Of a DNA stretch of 64,000 nucleotides, positions 60,368 through 64,000 are shown in pieces (positions within the stretch are counted from its first letter, which is position 1; each line of letters begins with the position of its first letter). The notes under the pieces were generated by a model. The model was not told the DNA's origin. It was given only the letters and a program-made list of their open reading frames with translations, and did not search any database. This DNA is from Zancudomyces culisetae HAW-14-8 (Eukaryota; Fungi; Kickxellomycota), in the NCBI GenBank assembly GCA_052426225.1, contig JBNJNM010000012.1, positions 1-64,000 on the forward strand, read 5' to 3'. The translations under genes were made by a program, and so were the position numbers.

Positions 60368-61729
60368 CTACTCATCCTTCCTTGATTTTTTCGAAGAATT
60401 GGCTTTTACTGAGGAGTACTTCTCATAAACATCCAAATCGTCCTTGTTGTTGGTTCTAGACGATTTCTGGGGGTTGGGAGAAACAGTTTTACCTTCTTCA
60501 GGAAGGAATTCTTCAGTATAAGCGAAAAAGTCGGATAATTCACCACGAGCAGCAGCGAGGATAATGGTAGACAAGGTGCAAGCTGGTGACAAGTACAACA
60601 AGGCGGGTTGGGCAGCCTTGAAGGTATGCATTACAAACACAGTAGTTATCAAACCAAAGATATAGGCTACAAAACAAGTGTTGAAGTATGGTGTTTCAAA
60701 CTTGAATCCTTTTGACTTTCCTTTTAAAACTGATGGCAATGGTTGTTTTGGCACATAACCAACTTTCTTGAGATACTGGCTTCTGTCAAATCTTAGGCAG
60801 AGGGCAATATAGATTCCAGGAATGACAATGTCCCCCAGACCCAGCATCACAAAGGACTTGATTGGCTTTAGACCAAAGATGCCTGGTGTGTTTAAAATAT
60901 CCTTTGGAAAGAGCAGTTTTATGGGAGCGTCGAGGTTCTTGGCAACAGATACCATGACTTCGGTTCCAAAGACCCAGAAAATATCGTAGAAAAACAGACC
61001 CATGAGCATAATGATTCCAGTTTTGAAGGATTCTAGCTTCATGAGTTTGATTGCACCAAACGAAAAGGCCAGACCAATCAGGTTGGAGAGGATCCAGTTC
61101 TTTTCGAGTAGGAAATAGAGACCAGTGAGCACAGTCGACAGCCCCAATGTGATCAAGTGCAATTTGGTGAATTTGATCAAAAACTGTTCTTTTTGTTTGT
61201 GGACCAGGCTAAGGTAGTAGAGCGGTAGCTTGATGTTTGTTGTACCCTTGGCAATCGTAACAAGAGTGTGGGCGAGGGCGCCTATCCCGGCAACAGAAAA
61301 ATACACAGTCATCAGCATATTTACATAATCGACATTAAAGTATTTGAGAACAAGGTATAGAGAAAGCAGAGTGGCGGACCCGTACACTGGATACATGTAC
61401 GCATCTTGAGTAGTAAGACCCTCGGCTTCTTCATCGTCGCTGTCTTCCGAGTCGGAGTATTCCTGGAAGAATTTGGTTTTTTTCCTTTCGGGTCCCTAAT
61501 TTCAAAATAAAACATATATAAATAAATATAAGAGTTTTAGGTATTTAGGCTAAAAAGTAAAATTATACAAATAAAAAAAAGAAAGATAAAAAAAAACGAG
61601 TGTAAGGTAAGTGTATAGAGAGAAAAGAGTTACCTTTAGTTTTGTAATAGAGTTAAAAGATCCGTAATAAATGGGCAAGAGTGCCATTGAAGCAATGGCG
61701 CCATACGCAACGTACAAACCAGAACTCAT
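60368..61729 (-). CDS. HM13: Signal peptide peptidase (presenilin-type A22B aspartic protease); exons 61729-61634 and 61495-60368
   Basis: YDIFWVF, LGLGDIVIPG and QPALLYL motifs. A phase-0 GT..AG intron at 61633-61496 joins MSSGLY..TKLK to GPERKK..DAYMYP in frame. Confidence 0.95.
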
Positions 61730-62957
61730 CCTTGAAGTATATCTGAATGCTATATGTTTACCAAGTTGAAAAGGATAATGACGAATATAGATTTGAAAAA
61801 CAAAACTAAACAAAGCCAACAATTTTGAGAATATAAATACCCTTAGGAAGAAAAAAAAATGACTGGGATGGAAATTTAGTACTTAAAAGCCAACTAACAA
61901 GCCTCAGGTAACAATGGAATTTTTTTGATGCTCGAATATTGAAATGTTGAATAACCAAAGGCCTATTATTTATTTGGTTTATTTTATATTTTGGGTCGCA
62001 AAAACTCGCTCATTTTTGTTACTTTTATGTTTTATACGTAGTTGTCATTGTACATGAAGTTTAACCATTTGGGAAGAAGTGAGTGGAAGGGAGTGTATAT
62101 CTGCCCCCGTTTTAGAAGCCTAATTTGAAATATTTAACTGCGGCTATTTTAAATTAGTTTTTGATTAGTTGGGACAAAGCCCTTGACTAGTATAATGAAA
62201 ATTGTTTTCTTTCTTTTTAGAAACACAATAATCAGAAAGAACAAAAACAACACCATCAAAGAGGAAATTGTATTACACGGATGATTATCATTTGTCAGCA
62301 ATCATTTATATGATTAAAACATAACTAAAATAACAAAATAAAACAAAATATTCATGATGGACCCTTCTAGGTAACTTTCTTGTTTTGTCTATATAGTAAA
62401 CTAGGAAATGAACATGCACATTGAAATGTAATGTACATACATAAATATAAATATACTGATTCAGGTGAAAAAGTGAAAAGACAAATGTTTGTTAATTTAT
62501 AATTAGAGTGTTATTGATTTATATGGACGTTTGATAAAATATAAAGATATTTTAATGATTAATAAAATGGATAATAAATAAATCTAAAATGTGATAAAAT
62601 AGTATTAAAAAAAACAATGATATTGTATTATAATTGTAATTTAACCCATGTTGTAAATAACCAGGTGGCAATTAATGTGAAATTCAAAATTTGCTATGAT
62701 TGCTATACACACTCATTCAGACACATAGTTTACTCTTGATTAGAATGTGGAAAAGTTATGCAAAATATAGAGACAAAATCTCATCCAAAAATGACAAAAT
62801 GGATAGTTATAAATAGTAGAAGAAAAAAGTAAACAGCATTCAAAGGATTGTAGAATCTGAAGCTAATTTTAGTTGATTGATGGATGCATTTGTGGTATTT
62901 GTGGTATTTGTGATATTTGTGGTGTGATATGTTGTGGCAAGTCTAAAAGTAGGCAAT

Positions 62958-63998
62958 CTAATTATTGGCAGAGAAATAACTTGCACTGCCACTACTAGCA
63001 TAACTAAGATGACTGATTTTGCTACTAGTACTTATAGAGCGTTGTTTGTAACTTTCTGGGTTGATTGGAGCTGAATTATAGTCGTTGCTAAGCTTAGAAG
63101 GTTGAGATTTAATTGAGGGACTAGCCAAGATATCATTTTTGGCGGATGATACAGGTTTGAAGGTTTCGGGTCTGTTGGAAGAGACAGACTGAGGAAATTC
63201 AACAGGAGAAGTAGAAGTAGAAGCAGAAGTAGAAGCAGGTGTGGGAATGGAAGTAACATCAAACTTGGATTTTTTCATGAAAATGTGAGATTTCTCGGGG
63301 TTTGATTGGTTTAAAGACTTGATAGAACCAAGTTTAGAGGAGACTCTGGGCTGGAACATTAGCGATAGTGAGGGTTTTTTGAAGTTAAGTTTAGTGGATT
63401 TTTTGGAGGGAATCTGAATAGGAGAGTTAGAATTGATGCTAAGAGAAGGACTAGAATTGGAATTAGGATTGGGTGTGGAGGTAAAAGAAGGTTTGGAAAC
63501 AGCCAAATAGTTTGGATTTTTAAAAGTAGGAGTGTTCAAGTCAGGAGTTGAGGAAAGAGCAGAAATAGAAGGTTTGGAAGTTGGAGGGAGGGAGAGGGAA
63601 GTATGATTTGAGTTTGAAATGAGATTGGAAAGCTCAATATAATCCAGAATGTTGGAATAGACTTCGTTATTGGAAGAAGAGCCATTTCTAGGTCTGAGGG
63701 ATGAGGTAGATGTAGATGTAGGTGTAGACTGAGGTTGGGATTGAGATTGGGATTGGGATTGAGATTGGGACTGAGATTGAATAGGATCGTTGATAGCAAG
63801 CTTTTGGAATGAATCATTGATCGAATCATCAAGTTTGGAAGAAGGAGAGGTGGAATTATCAGAGTTGTTGAATGAAGAGTCGAGCAAGTAACTAGAGATA
63901 GACATAATGTTGGAGAGAGAAGGATTGGAAGTAGGAGAAGTAAGTGAATTTGCAAATCTCGGGTTTGTTTTTTGAGTGGATACACTATTGTTACTGTG
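62958..63998 (-). CDS. C-terminal part of a Ser/Pro-rich low-complexity protein (continues beyond the window)
   Basis: The frame is open from the window edge to TAG at 62958. Contains QS and ST repeats and no recognisable domain. Confidence 0.7.
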   Translation of the reverse strand, partial: HSNNSVSTQKTNPRFANSLTSPTSNPSLSNIMSISSYLLDSSFNNSDNSTSPSSKLDDSINDSFQKLAINDPIQSQSQSQSQSQSQSQPQSTPTSTSTSSLRPRNGSSSNNEVYSNILDYIELSNLISNSNHTSLSLPPTSKPSISALSSTPDLNTPTFKNPNYLAVSKPSFTSTPNPNSNSSPSLSINSNSPIQIPSKKSTKLNFKKPSLSLMFQPRVSSKLGSIKSLNQSNPEKSHIFMKKSKFDVTSIPTPASTSASTSTSPVEFPQSVSSNRPETFKPVSSAKNDILASPSIKSQPSKLSNDYNSAPINPESYKQRSISTSSKISHLSYASSGSASYFSANN

Positions 63999-64000
63999 AT

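Noticed and set aside
63536-63985. Leu/Pro-rich 149-aa ORF and 63032-63262
   Set aside because: They are alternate frames of the Ser/Pro-rich low-complexity gene.

Overview
This window is a chromosome end from an AT-rich fungus. An early-diverging lineage such as Kickxellomycotina/Harpellales is my inference from composition and gene style. It opens with ~1.27 kb of (CCCTAA)n telomere, followed by a sharp 48-copy block of the variant (CCCTAT)n. From 1.6 to 28 kb lies a dense nest of decayed Ty3/gypsy elements, solo LTRs and a Tc1 transposon. At 30-41 kb is a gene island with two Zn-cluster-less fungal transcription-factor paralogs and a small secreted Cys protein. A second TE nest at 42.8-57.5 kb holds a GC-rich chromovirus, a DIRS fragment and LINEs. 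Housekeeping genes start at 59 kb: RRS1, signal peptide peptidase and a partial S/P-rich gene. The main hidden signal is absent from the ORF track. Removing the first LTR element (1817-7815) leaves the telomere directly joined to a decayed Penelope-like retroelement, with a coiled-coil ORF1 relic and an RT relic (KIH..RPI, SFDV, NYF, YRYIDD-like motifs). Its polarity is the one expected for Athena/Coprina-type elements that prime on chromosome ends. Other notable points are a gypsy primer-binding site complementary to the whole anticodon arm of a metazoan-type tRNA-Ile(IAU), a Tf1-type self-priming PBS, a Tc1 whose long TIRs carry inverted inner motifs, hairpins at LTR termini, and LTR-associated deletions.
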